From positions 1 through 49,174 of IMG/VR virus record IMGVR_UViG_3300016665_000612: a stretch of 49,174 nucleotides of DNA. One strand, given 5' to 3'. This document shows, piece by piece, positions 9,494-18,958 of this stretch. This DNA comes from a virus (taxonomy: Duplodnaviria > Caudoviricetes). The number at the start of each line of letters is the position of its first letter. The first letter of the stretch is position 1. Both the position numbers and the translations under genes were made by a program. The notes under the pieces are model-generated. The model saw only the letters and a list, made by a program, of their open reading frames with translations. It was not told the origin of the DNA and did no database searches.

Positions 9494-10111
9494 ATGTGTA
9501 TCATCGTTGTCAAGCCTGCTCCGGTTCAATTTTCCATCAACACCCTGATGAATATGTGGGTAAACAATCCCCACGGGGCAGGTTTCATGTGCTCTGATGG
9601 TAACGAACTCACTGTTGTCAAGGGGCTGATGAACTTTGAGCACTTTCTTGGTGAGTATTACAAGCACGCCGCAAAGAAGATGGTGATGCACTTTCGTTGG
9701 CGCACTCATGGTCCCGTGCGCAAGACACTTACGCACCCGTTCAAGATCGCGGAGAATGTCGCTTTTGTCCACAACGGCATGATTCCTTGGGTCAAAGTCA
9801 AGGAAAATGAGAGCGATACTTCTGTCTATGCTGAGACGCTGGAACGGCGTTACACTGATGTTTTTGCTGCTCTGGAGCGTCCCCAAACCCGCAAGTTCAT
9901 TGTCGGAGAAATCGGCTTCAGTAAGCTGGCCTTTATGAACTCCGTGGGAACTGTCAAGATCCTAAACGGACAAATGGGGCACATGGGGGATAATGGCTGT
10001 TGGTATTCGAACCACAGCTATAAAAACTTCTTGTCGTATGACAAGAAGTATGGTAATGTGGACTACAATCGGAATCTTTGGATTCCGAGTGCAGACGTTC
10101 TGACTCTCTGA
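9494..10111 (+). CDS. class II glutamine amidotransferase (copy 2)
   Basis: MCII, NPHGAG, HFRWRTHG, HPF, HNG, SDT. Confidence 0.9.
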   Translation: MCIIVVKPAPVQFSINTLMNMWVNNPHGAGFMCSDGNELTVVKGLMNFEHFLGEYYKHAAKKMVMHFRWRTHGPVRKTLTHPFKIAENVAFVHNGMIPWVKVKENESDTSVYAETLERRYTDVFAALERPQTRKFIVGEIGFSKLAFMNSVGTVKILNGQMGHMGDNGCWYSNHSYKNFLSYDKKYGNVDYNRNLWIPSADVLTL

Positions 10112-10182
10112 TCTGCCTCGAAAATAGTTGTTGACTCCAATAGCGAAATAGTTTAGTATGGTTTCACTGAGTGGGTGAAACC

Positions 10183-10245
10183 ACAACCCTCAAGAAATAA
10201 GAAAGATAAGCAACAAATGTGTATCATCGCTCTCAAGCCCGAGAA
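10183..10245 (+). repeat. 63-bp direct repeat (copy 1; copy 2 at 11089..11151)
   Basis: Identical leader plus first ~10 codons of GATase copies 3 and 4. Confidence 0.85.
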
Positions 10246-10987
10246 CATTTCGATTTCCGACCAAACCATCAAGAACATGTGGGAGAACAATGATGATGGT
10301 GCAGGTTTCATGTACGCAGACCGTGGCAAGGTGCGAATCGTCAAAGGGCTGATGACTCTTGACTCGTTCATGGATGCTTACCGCCGTGTGGGCGATCACC
10401 GCAAGATTGTTATGCACTTCCGTATCCGAACTCATGGTGAGATCTCCCAGGAGCTTACGCACCCGTTTTGGATTCGTCAGGGCATCCTTGGCATGGTTCA
10501 CAACGGAGTGATCTCTTCGGTGGGTCACACTGGAAAGGCAAACGAAAGCGACACTTCGCTCTATGCGCGGAATCTTTCTAAGCGTTTTGTCAATCCGGTC
10601 AAGTCTCTCGAAAGCTCTGAGGTGCTTGAAAAGATCAAGTCTGAAATCGGCTATAGCAAGTTGGTTTTCTTGACAAATGACAATCGGCACATCATTGTCA
10701 ACGAAAAGCTCGGTGATTGGCATGATGGTTGCTGGTTCTCGAATGGCAGTCACAAAACCAACTATACTCGTTGGTCTTACAAGAATGCTTGGATGGCTGA
10801 GGATTATAGTGGTTACGAAGGGTATAAGCCCTACACCGCCAGCACAGGAACTTACAACCGTACAGCGGCCTTTACCCCCACGGCTGCTTCTGAGTCTCCT
10901 TTGGTCGTTGTGCCTGCTAGTGATGATGCTGAATGGGAAGCGTTGATCAATCGTTACGAGGCTCGTTACGGCTCGGTGCGAACCTGA
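10217..10987 (+). CDS. class II glutamine amidotransferase (copy 3)
   Basis: ATG 10217 gives MCII; NDDGAG, HFRIRTHG, HNG, SDT; C-terminal extension. Confidence 0.9.
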   Translation: MCIIALKPENISISDQTIKNMWENNDDGAGFMYADRGKVRIVKGLMTLDSFMDAYRRVGDHRKIVMHFRIRTHGEISQELTHPFWIRQGILGMVHNGVISSVGHTGKANESDTSLYARNLSKRFVNPVKSLESSEVLEKIKSEIGYSKLVFLTNDNRHIIVNEKLGDWHDGCWFSNGSHKTNYTRWSYKNAWMAEDYSGYEGYKPYTASTGTYNRTAAFTPTAASESPLVVVPASDDAEWEALINRYEARYGSVRT

Positions 10988-11122
10988 TAGTTTCAACTTC
11001 TGAACCCACTACGATTTTTCTTGTACCCAACAAGAAATGTGATATAGTGGGTTCAGAAGTAAGGAACAACCCCGAAACTCTCACCACTACAACCCTCAAG
11101 AAATAAGAAAGATAAGCAACAA

Positions 11123-11974
11123 ATGTGTATCATCGCTCTCAAGCCCGAGAAGGTTCAGTTTTCGCGTGCGCAGCTCAAGATTATGTGGGATAACAACCCT
11201 GACGGGGCTGGCTTCATGTACGCCGAGGACGGCGTTGTCAAGATTGTGAAGGGTCTTATGACGCTCGATGCGCTTGAGAATGCCATCAACGAGGTTGGTC
11301 CGCTGCGAAAGCTCGTGATTCACTTCCGCATTCGAACGCACGGGGCGATCTCCAAGGAGCTCACGCATCCGTTCTGGATCACTGAGAACTCGCTTGGGAT
11401 GGTTCACAACGGCGTGATTCGCAACCTTGTGAACCAGACTTCTGAGGCTGAGAGCGATACCGCCGTGTTCGCTCGTTCCTTCGCTGATGCATACGTTTCG
11501 CCCCTTCAGGCGATTCGCAACCCGTTTCACCGGGATATGCTGGAGGCTTACATCGGATTCAGCAAGATGGTTTTCCTTGACAGCAAGGGGCGCCACTACA
11601 TCCTGAATGAGTCGCTTGGCACTTGGGAGAACAATGTTTGGTACTCAAATGATCGGTTCAAGCCCGACCTCCCCCGCGTTTCAGGGAATACGCGAGTAAT
11701 CTACCCTGTTACTCAAGCCGCGAGTTATTCCAGGGAGCAGCGCCAGCTTGAACTTGAGCAAGCGTTCGATGGGCTTGAGTACAAGTCCCGCACCGACCGC
11801 TCTAGCGGCTCCCGTCGTGGCAACCGTTCTAGTGGGGTTGTGCATGTAAGCCGCGGCTCTGAGAACACCCGGCGTCGCCAGAAGGCGCTTCTGGGTTGCC
11901 CCACGACTCGACTCTCTGAGTCGTATTGGGATTCCCAGGACTTTCCCGGTGCGGAATACCCCGTCGAAGATTGA
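11123..11974 (+). CDS. class II glutamine amidotransferase (copy 4)
   Basis: MCII, NPDGAG, HFRIRTHG, HNG, SDT; Arg/Ser-rich C-terminal tail. Confidence 0.9.
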   Translation: MCIIALKPEKVQFSRAQLKIMWDNNPDGAGFMYAEDGVVKIVKGLMTLDALENAINEVGPLRKLVIHFRIRTHGAISKELTHPFWITENSLGMVHNGVIRNLVNQTSEAESDTAVFARSFADAYVSPLQAIRNPFHRDMLEAYIGFSKMVFLDSKGRHYILNESLGTWENNVWYSNDRFKPDLPRVSGNTRVIYPVTQAASYSREQRQLELEQAFDGLEYKSRTDRSSGSRRGNRSSGVVHVSRGSENTRRRQKALLGCPTTRLSESYWDSQDFPGAEYPVED

Positions 11975-11992
11975 TCGCACTCACACAGTGAA

Positions 11993-12032
11993 ACAAAAGG
12001 CCAGAGAGAAAATTTTCTCTCTGGCCTTTTGT
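11993..12032. terminator. perfect palindrome, probable bidirectional intrinsic terminator
   Basis: ACAAAAGGCCAGAGAGAAAA/TTTTCTCTCTGGCCTTTTGT after the GATase array. Confidence 0.75.
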
Positions 12033-12080
12033 CATTTGTCATTACAATACATGTAATGTTTTTAAACAGAACATTCAGGA

Positions 12081-12275
12081 ATGAATGATCTACTCAACAA
12101 AGCTTTTCCGGTAATTAGAAGAGTTTATCCTTCTACAATTAGATCGGACATTGTAAATGTCCAACCAATGAAAGCACCATCATCTTTGCTGTTTTACAAA
12201 GATTTCGAGTATAGAATTACTGATCCAATTTTCACGCAAGCCGGTTTAGAAACAGTGTTTGAGGAGATAGATTGA
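12081..12275 (+). CDS. 64 aa protein homologous to the Gol-peptide region of gp23-type major capsid protein
   Basis: AFPVIRRVYPSTIRSDIVNVQPMKAPSSLLFY versus the gp23 pattern RRxxPxxIxxDIxxVQPMxxPxxLIF. Confidence 0.65.
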   Translation: MNDLLNKAFPVIRRVYPSTIRSDIVNVQPMKAPSSLLFYKDFEYRITDPIFTQAGLETVFEEID

Positions 12276-12279
12276 AACA

Positions 12280-13143
12280 ATGAATATAACAATCATTGCA
12301 GCAATGGCAAAAAATAGAGTTATTGGCGTTAATAACAGCCTTCCAGCATGGAATATCCCTGGTGACTTGAAGCGATTCAAGGAGTTAACAATGGGGAAGG
12401 TGATGATCATGGGTCGGAAGACTTTTGACAGCATTGGTCGATGTTTGCCGGGACGTTGGACCGTGGTTGTAACCGCAAGCAGAATGCCTGAGATTCACAA
12501 CAGCCAGACCAAGCCTTTATTTGTCAACAGTCTCACAGAGGCTTTCAAACAGGCTGAGTTGTTGAATCCGGGTGGAGAGATCATTGTTGCTGGCGGCGGA
12601 GAGATCTACACTCAAGCTTTGCAGTTTGCAAATAAACTGGAACTGTCCATCTTCATGGAAGATATGGCAGGGGACACATTTTTTCCCGTTTTACCTGAAG
12701 GCGTTTGGGAAATTGCCAAAAAAGAAAGTTTTGACAACCACGTTTTTCTAACGATGTTTAGAAAGAAAGCAGATCTGATAAAAGAAGATTCTTCTGATTC
12801 CGATAAAAGCTATAAAGAACTAGGAGCGAAAATTGGAGCTCTTGTTGATGAGAAGAACAAGGCTTATGGATCATCTTTTGATGATGCTGGTGACTTTCTT
12901 CGGATTTTGTACCCTCAAGGCATTAGTGTTTCTCAATATGGGGATGCTTTGGCCCTTGTCAGAATCTTTGACAAGATGAAACGAATAGCAACAGATAAAG
13001 ATGCTTTTGGGGAAAGCCCATATGCAGATATTGCTGGTTACGGTTTATTGGGATTGAAAAAAAGCAGAAAAACAAAAGACAACAAAGAAGCAGCCAAAAG
13101 CCTAAAAAAAGCTCTTAGTTATATGGAAAAAAAGTATTCTTGA
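12280..13143 (+). CDS. dihydrofolate reductase fused to a DUF1599/Nmad1-like domain
   Basis: IAAMAKNRVIG...LPAW...DLKRFKELT, IMGRKTFDSIG, GGGEIY, GDTFFP; C-terminal KNKAYG...RIFDKMKRI...DIAGYGLL. Confidence 0.85.
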   Translation: MNITIIAAMAKNRVIGVNNSLPAWNIPGDLKRFKELTMGKVMIMGRKTFDSIGRCLPGRWTVVVTASRMPEIHNSQTKPLFVNSLTEAFKQAELLNPGGEIIVAGGGEIYTQALQFANKLELSIFMEDMAGDTFFPVLPEGVWEIAKKESFDNHVFLTMFRKKADLIKEDSSDSDKSYKELGAKIGALVDEKNKAYGSSFDDAGDFLRILYPQGISVSQYGDALALVRIFDKMKRIATDKDAFGESPYADIAGYGLLGLKKSRKTKDNKEAAKSLKKALSYMEKKYS

Positions 13144-13146
13144 TAC

Positions 13147-13998
13147 ATGTCAACTCACTATCAAACTCTAGGCGTAGAACCAACAGCTTCTCTTGAGGAT
13201 ATCAAGAAAGCTTTTCGTTCATTGGCTTTAAAATTACACCCTGATCAGAACCAAGACAATCCGACTGCGGAGGAAGATTTCAAAAGGGTTAATGAAGCAT
13301 ATCAGGTATTGTCAGATGTAAATAAACGCAAAGAATATGACAGGCGGTTAAATAACCCTGATGAAAACGTGTTTGAGATTGATGAAGACAGTTTTCCTTT
13401 TGGTGGAGGTTTTTCTTGGGCGGCAACCAATGGATTTGGAAACAATGCAAGGATTGTTCTAAGTTTGGAAGACTTGCTCAATGGCTGCACGAAAAAAGTG
13501 AACATCAACTTGCTGCGTCAAAAAATTGTTAACAACAAGTTCTCATTTGAGCAAATCAAACAAGAAATAGAGATAAAACTGCCACCTGGGTTACAGAACC
13601 AAGGGATCATCTTTGTAGAAACAAAGATTGAGGACAAACTTGAAAAAGTCATAGTTCATATCGACATCCTAACAGACGGCTGCAAGGTAATGCCAAACGG
13701 CGATGTGGTCAAAAACCTCTCCGTGTCTTACCCTGTTTCTATCTTGGGAGGGCTTGTGGAAGTTGAAAATCTTTTTGGCAAGAAAGAAATGCTTCGAGTC
13801 CCTGAAAACACAAAACCCGGCATGTTACTATCAGTTGCCGGTCAAGGACTTCCTAGATCGCCTCACGATCTAACGAGAGGCTCTTTGCTATATGCAGTAG
13901 CAATAGACATTCCAAACAACCTCGATGAAGAAGCCAAAGAAATCCTTCGCCAGTTCCAGAATAAACTTGAACAACTAGAAAAACAGAAAGCAACATAA
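13147..13998 (+). CDS. DnaJ-family (CbpA-like, no Zn finger) co-chaperone
   Basis: J-domain with HPD, FKRVNEAYQVLSD; G/F stretch; DnaJ C-terminal domain. Confidence 0.9.
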   Translation: MSTHYQTLGVEPTASLEDIKKAFRSLALKLHPDQNQDNPTAEEDFKRVNEAYQVLSDVNKRKEYDRRLNNPDENVFEIDEDSFPFGGGFSWAATNGFGNNARIVLSLEDLLNGCTKKVNINLLRQKIVNNKFSFEQIKQEIEIKLPPGLQNQGIIFVETKIEDKLEKVIVHIDILTDGCKVMPNGDVVKNLSVSYPVSILGGLVEVENLFGKKEMLRVPENTKPGMLLSVAGQGLPRSPHDLTRGSLLYAVAIDIPNNLDEEAKEILRQFQNKLEQLEKQKAT

Positions 13999-14002
13999 AG
14001 TC

Positions 14003-14371
14003 ATGGAAAAAAAGCAATATAAGTTCTCGGATCAAGTTATTGGGCAAATTAGAGAGTTGCTACAGCTATCTTTGTTGTCACAAACAAACTTTGTTGATCA
14101 CATGCGTGCTGTAAGAGTTGAAATCTCCGAAGAGACAGGCAACTTGATTCTTGCCAAAGACTATGTTGAAGGTTGGAATCAGATGGCTGAGGAGATGTTC
14201 CAGAAAGCTTATGAGAAAGTTGAGCAAATGGCCTCGACGATTGCCACAGATACCCCTACAGACGACTCTGCTGAAGAGATTGACTCGGAGGAGGTTGTGA
14301 TCAGCCGCGACCCAGAAACGGGCAAACTAACGGTATCACGTCAAGGCGTCCCGGTTGGTTCTCAAGGCTGA
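14003..14371 (+). CDS. hypothetical protein
   Basis: 122 aa ORF within the operon. Confidence 0.7.
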   Translation: MEKKQYKFSDQVIGQIRELLQLSLLSQTNFVDHMRAVRVEISEETGNLILAKDYVEGWNQMAEEMFQKAYEKVEQMASTIATDTPTDDSAEEIDSEEVVISRDPETGKLTVSRQGVPVGSQG

Positions 14372-14376
14372 ACCAG

Positions 14377-14592
14377 ATGAGCGTTAAAAGTCTTATCCAA
14401 ACCGTGGAAGCGAATACTATCAAACGTGGTGGTAGTTTTACGTTCAGCATGTCTTATTCGCCAGAAGCAATAGAAGAAATTAAAGAGATGGGCGAGTTGT
14501 TTACTCGTCGGTATCAATACACTGTTGCACCGATTCCCGGCACAGAGCAGAAAACCATCATTATTAGCTTAAAAAACTTGAACAGAAGATGA
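14377..14592 (+). CDS. hypothetical protein
   Basis: 71 aa ORF; ATGA overlap with the next gene. Confidence 0.6.
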   Translation: MSVKSLIQTVEANTIKRGGSFTFSMSYSPEAIEEIKEMGELFTRRYQYTVAPIPGTEQKTIIISLKNLNRR

Positions 14593-15230
14593 AAAAAGAA
14601 GAACTTCTTAAAACTCTTGGGATACCGGATGCGTTTGAAAACTTCATGCCGGTTTCCGGCACCAGACTTTGGGGATGGAATGGCGACCGAGCCATTTTTC
14701 CTTCATTGATTCAAAAGCTCAAACCTTCATTGATTATTGAGGTTGGCAGTTGGATGGGTTTGAGTGCTGTGAACATGGCAACAAGCTGCAAAATGTTTGG
14801 TTTAAACGACACATCAATCATTTGCATTGACACTTGGTTGGGTTCCAAAGAGCATTGGAGAGATCCAAACCTTATCTCTCACTTGGAACTCCAGAATGGA
14901 TTTCCTTCTTTTCACAAAAGATTCTTAACCAATGTTCATCAAGCATCTGTTTCGGATAGAGTTGTTCCGCTTCCAATGCCTAGCCAGATAGGAGCTTCTT
15001 TCCTTAAAGACTTTAATCTGAAAGCAGAGTTGATCTACATAGATGGAAGCCATGATCAAAAAGATGTCTATGATGATCTCATGGCTTATTGGGACTTGCT
15101 TGCTCCTGATGGGGTGATATTTGGTGATGATTGGCCTTGGGATTCGGTGGCAAATGCCGTCAAAGCTTTCTGTGCTGAAAAAGGCTGTGTTTACACGGTG
15201 CATGACATCAACTGGATCATCTACAAGTAA
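14589..15230 (+). CDS. class I SAM-dependent methyltransferase (Methyltransf_24-like)
   Basis: IIEVGSWMGLS, CIDTW, LIYIDGSH, GVIFGDD. Confidence 0.85.
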   Translation: MKKEELLKTLGIPDAFENFMPVSGTRLWGWNGDRAIFPSLIQKLKPSLIIEVGSWMGLSAVNMATSCKMFGLNDTSIICIDTWLGSKEHWRDPNLISHLELQNGFPSFHKRFLTNVHQASVSDRVVPLPMPSQIGASFLKDFNLKAELIYIDGSHDQKDVYDDLMAYWDLLAPDGVIFGDDWPWDSVANAVKAFCAEKGCVYTVHDINWIIYK

Positions 15231-15276
15231 TCAAACAACACTTGTTTCCTTGGAGTTCTTGTGATAAGATCGCTCC

Positions 15277-16206
15277 ATGAGTCTAGGTGTATGTTGTCAG
15301 TGGTTAGAGCTGCGCACAAAGCGTGATGGTTCTGTTGTCTACGAAAACTCTATCAATGAACGCTCCCTGCAACTAGGGCGTTTTCAGCAAGGACTGTACT
15401 CTTCTTCTGTTATTCGTGAAGTCTATATCAACAACATCAAAGAAATCATCAGGGTTGTTCCCAAACTGACAAGAAGCAATCTCAAGTTGTTTAGATTGTC
15501 AAGTGGGCTGTTTCCTCTGGCTGACTTCAACCAATCACTTCTGCATGATGACGAACAGATCTCGCTTCTGCTTGCAGAGGCAGGAAACGCCTTTAAAACT
15601 GCTGGTATTCGAGTCACGACTCACCCGGATCAGTTTGTTGTTCTTAGTTCTGACACGCCATCAACAGTTGCCAAGTCTATCAAAGAACTTGAGCATCATG
15701 CTTGGGTATTTGACAAGATGGGAATGTCTTTGTCGCCACTTGCTGCAATCAACATTCATGGTGGTAAGTCAAACAGACTTGATCAATTGATTCAAGTTAT
15801 TTCGAGTTTGCCAACTAATGTGCGGTCTAGGCTTACTCTTGAGAATGACGAAAGCTGTTATAGTTTGATTGACTTACTCAAAGTTTACTCTGTCACTGGT
15901 GTTCCTGTGGTTTGGGATTCACACCATCACACTTTCAATGATGGCAACATGACTCTGGAAGAAGCTTACAACCTCTCCAAAACAACCTGGATTGAATCTG
16001 GTGTTAAACCGCTACAACACCTATCAAACACCACACCAGGGATGGAGAGAGGAAGTTTTATTGAACGCAGAAAACACAGTGACCACATTCACTACATCCC
16101 AGAATGTCAGTTGGGCGGTTTGATGAATGATACTGTGGACATTGACGTGGAAGCCAAGATGAAAAACTTGGCTGTCAGCAAACTTCGTGAAAAATTTGCT
16201 TTTTAG
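15277..16206 (+). CDS. uvsE: UV damage endonuclease
   Basis: FRLSS.LFP, HPDQFVVL, INIHGG, RLTLENDE, WDSHHH, KHSD, DVEAKMK. Confidence 0.9.
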   Translation: MSLGVCCQWLELRTKRDGSVVYENSINERSLQLGRFQQGLYSSSVIREVYINNIKEIIRVVPKLTRSNLKLFRLSSGLFPLADFNQSLLHDDEQISLLLAEAGNAFKTAGIRVTTHPDQFVVLSSDTPSTVAKSIKELEHHAWVFDKMGMSLSPLAAINIHGGKSNRLDQLIQVISSLPTNVRSRLTLENDESCYSLIDLLKVYSVTGVPVVWDSHHHTFNDGNMTLEEAYNLSKTTWIESGVKPLQHLSNTTPGMERGSFIERRKHSDHIHYIPECQLGGLMNDTVDIDVEAKMKNLAVSKLREKFAF

Positions 16207-16215
16207 GCTGGAAAC

Positions 16216-16806
16216 TTACCATTTCTTACAAGACCAATACCTTGCCTTGGTTTTTGGCCCAGGGTTATCACAGTTATGACGAGCCCGAAAACTTCTTCTT
16301 CGTTCTGGGTTTGACTTCTTGATTCTCATGTTTGGATCACCAAAGTTGACTTTCTTGACATTCCCAGTGTTTGGATCTTTAACAAACACCTTGAACTTCT
16401 TTACGTCCCCCCTCATTGGTTTGTTCAAAGCAACCTTTCTGCCTTTGTATTCACCCTCTGTTAAACCATCTGGTTGCTGAGTTGATAGAGTTTCCAATAG
16501 ACATGCCATACAAGCAGGATGTTGTTCGTGTTCATTAATTTCAACAGTGGCCTCATAAAGAGGTTCTGGGTTGAACTTCATATTTTGATGAACCGAGTCA
16601 ATATCTGAAACACAAACAGCAATCTTTTCCTGTGACCACTCTGGAACTCCATGGTGCTTCACAACTAATAGTTGAAGTTCTTTTGCCAGAACTTCAATCT
16701 TCTTCAGATTTGAAAGAACCATTGAAAGCTCTTCTTGATCGCCTGTTTGTTCATCAGAACCAGATTCGAAATATTCTTGTATTTCTTTTAATGTTGGTAA
16801 GGTCAT
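16216..16806 (-). CDS. phage protein (probable virion-associated)
   Basis: C-terminal EYKGRKVALNKPMRGDVKKFKVFV...SFRARHNC...ARYWSCKKW block recalled from large-phage proteins; ATG 16806 with TATTTA upstream. Confidence 0.65.
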   Translation of the reverse strand: MTLPTLKEIQEYFESGSDEQTGDQEELSMVLSNLKKIEVLAKELQLLVVKHHGVPEWSQEKIAVCVSDIDSVHQNMKFNPEPLYEATVEINEHEQHPACMACLLETLSTQQPDGLTEGEYKGRKVALNKPMRGDVKKFKVFVKDPNTGNVKKVNFGDPNMRIKKSNPERRRSFRARHNCDNPGPKTKARYWSCKKW

Positions 16807-16829
16807 AAAACGTAAATATACTGTTTGGA

Positions 16830-17432
16830 TTAGAATCCAAGATCCAACAAGACAAGCTCTCTTGTTGATGGTCGAATCCCCCAATTCTCATCATGAAAGT
16901 CGTCTGCGTCAACATCGCATGTTCGCAATTCATCCACGAGCTTTTTAAGCCATGGACTATCATGGTACAGACGAGTAAACACTCCTGAGCTATAATCCGG
17001 CAAATGAGTGTTGGCAAAAAAGTTTCTCAAGTCCAACCAATCAGTGAATTGATGTCCTAGAAGTGCATTGAGTCTATCAAACAACTCTTTGCCTTCAATG
17101 GGCTCCAGTCGTTCTTCTAACAACCAATAAAAGTGTTTGTGGTCATAGTCGTAAATGATTGGAGCATGAGATGGCCCAAGACATGTTGCATGTTTAAGCT
17201 CATTTTCGTTTTGCTCGGATAAATAAGGGGATTTAGCTACCTTTAAAATCAACTTGTCATCAACAGCATAGACGTTTCTACCACTACCATTTGCTATCAA
17301 AGTGAACTTGTCATAGATGTAACTGCGAACATCGTCAATGTTATCGAGTTCTTTCAGTTCTTGTATCTTCCAGTTGGACTTGGTTGCCTCTTCTTGAAGA
17401 AGAAAACTAAAAAACTGAGATAGGGATTTCAT
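16830..17432 (-). CDS. protein-kinase-like fold protein
   Basis: GSGRNVY Gly-loop, ILKVAK, QNENE, DFHDENWG, LLDLGF. Confidence 0.65.
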   Translation of the reverse strand: MKSLSQFFSFLLQEEATKSNWKIQELKELDNIDDVRSYIYDKFTLIANGSGRNVYAVDDKLILKVAKSPYLSEQNENELKHATCLGPSHAPIIYDYDHKHFYWLLEERLEPIEGKELFDRLNALLGHQFTDWLDLRNFFANTHLPDYSSGVFTRLYHDSPWLKKLVDELRTCDVDADDFHDENWGIRPSTRELVLLDLGF

Positions 17433-17453
17433 GCGTTTAAATATATTTGAGGC

Positions 17454-17837
17454 TCAAGCTACTTTTTGAAACTCAAATGTTTTTCTCACATTTCTAGCAA
17501 ACCACTTTCCAGCACTCTCTGCTGGGTCTTCACAAACCCTTTGCAACTCATCAGCAATCTGTTGAGGAACAAAAAAATAGTCATAGATCTGCCCACCCCT
17601 GAAATAAACGCGCAAGGTTTGATCCCTTGGCTCATACTCGAATGAGTGAACCATGGAACTGTTCTGGCACGCTATAACCGTTCTGGGAGCTCGTGTTGTT
17701 GTGGGTGGGGTTTGATCCGTTGTGGAAACTTCCGGCCTCTCCTGGGCCTCTGGCGGCGTTCTGGGAGGTATGTTTCCCGTTGTGTTTGGGATGGCTGGTG
17801 GCATCGCAGGTTCTCGTTCAAAGTTTGGCATTACCAT
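17454..17837 (-). CDS. KTSC-domain protein with Pro/Thr-rich N-terminus
   Basis: SSMVHSFEY...TLRVYF..G..YDYF.VP...SAGKWF...VR. Confidence 0.75.
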   Translation of the reverse strand: MVMPNFEREPAMPPAIPNTTGNIPPRTPPEAQERPEVSTTDQTPPTTTRAPRTVIACQNSSMVHSFEYEPRDQTLRVYFRGGQIYDYFFVPQQIADELQRVCEDPAESAGKWFARNVRKTFEFQKVA

Positions 17838-17883
17838 GATTTTTCTCTTGACTCCTTGAGATTTTAAGTGTAACATGTTTGTC

Positions 17884-18279
17884 ATGACAGAAAAACTGCC
17901 TTACACTATCAGAATTGTGCGTGGAGACTCTAGTGGTGATGGCCATGGCCGAACCAGTACCAGTTTTTATCTTTCATCCTTGACGGCACAAGAAGTTCGT
18001 GCTGCTTATCGGAAGGGTGTAAGCATCCTTGGATTCGATCTGATTGAAGAGGAAAGAAACAGCGGCGGGCGACGTTTCCAACTCAAACTTGAGCATCGAG
18101 AAACCATGAAGGCACATGGTTTTGCCAATGAAAATTGGGATGAAAGCAGCATTGACTATGAGACATATGGTGAAATTTACTTTTGGATCGTCAAACTTGG
18201 CAATCCAAACTTTGAAGTCAAGTGGACTCCTGAGCCAGATGACGCAGTAGAGATCGGAGGATATTGCTATGAGCTCTGA
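17884..18279 (+). CDS. hypothetical protein (paralog of the next gene)
   Basis: GDSSGDGHGRT...AY.KG..I.GF.L...IGGY; leaderless after TTGACT-17 nt-TAACAT. Confidence 0.7.
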   Translation: MTEKLPYTIRIVRGDSSGDGHGRTSTSFYLSSLTAQEVRAAYRKGVSILGFDLIEEERNSGGRRFQLKLEHRETMKAHGFANENWDESSIDYETYGEIYFWIVKLGNPNFEVKWTPEPDDAVEIGGYCYEL

Positions 18280-18676
18280 AATGCATCAGATCAACTTGAT
18301 CCTTGGCGACTGGTCAGATGATGGCCATGGAAAAACCTGCACAAAAACCGTGAGATGCAATCTCACTCTCGAAGAGCTTCAAAAAGCTTATGAGAAAGGT
18401 TCTGAAATCGTTGGGTTCAGTTTGTGCGATGAAGTTGCCACCGAATATCAAAACTCAGATTTTGACGCGGAATATGCAGCCATGCTCGAAAAACACGGTT
18501 GCAATCTACTCTCGAAATGCGAAAGCTTTAAAGGGGTTTACCACTTGGACAGAGACTTGTTTGTAAGAATTTTCATGTTTGTTTGCGGGGTGGGAGCAGA
18601 TTCAAAGCTGGAGTGGGAGTTTGTTACCACACGCAAGCTCGATTTTCACATTGGCGGTTACGGCCTGTTCTATTGA
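18269..18676 (+). CDS. hypothetical protein (paralog of the previous gene)
   Basis: GDWSDDGHGKT...AYEKG..IVGF.L...IGGYGLF. Confidence 0.7.
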   Translation: MSSEMHQINLILGDWSDDGHGKTCTKTVRCNLTLEELQKAYEKGSEIVGFSLCDEVATEYQNSDFDAEYAAMLEKHGCNLLSKCESFKGVYHLDRDLFVRIFMFVCGVGADSKLEWEFVTTRKLDFHIGGYGLFY

Positions 18677-18958
18677 GCAACATTTTGATTTGTGGTTAAA
18701 AACCACCCCTTTGTTTCCAGGCATTTTCACTTACAACCTCGGGCTTGTTATTCGTGTGTTTTGCGCGATAACAAGCCCGTTTTCACATGGAGATATCTCC
18801 AAGAACCTCAAACTGATTTTTTCTCAGTTTTCTTCTTGACCCAAACAGAGAGTTGATGTAGAGTGGTTTCTGTCAGTGAGACGAAGTGAGAGAAAAACTT
18901 CGGAGAAAAAAGTCCTTGACTCACAAAGGCACCTATGATAAAACAAAGAAGTAATCTG

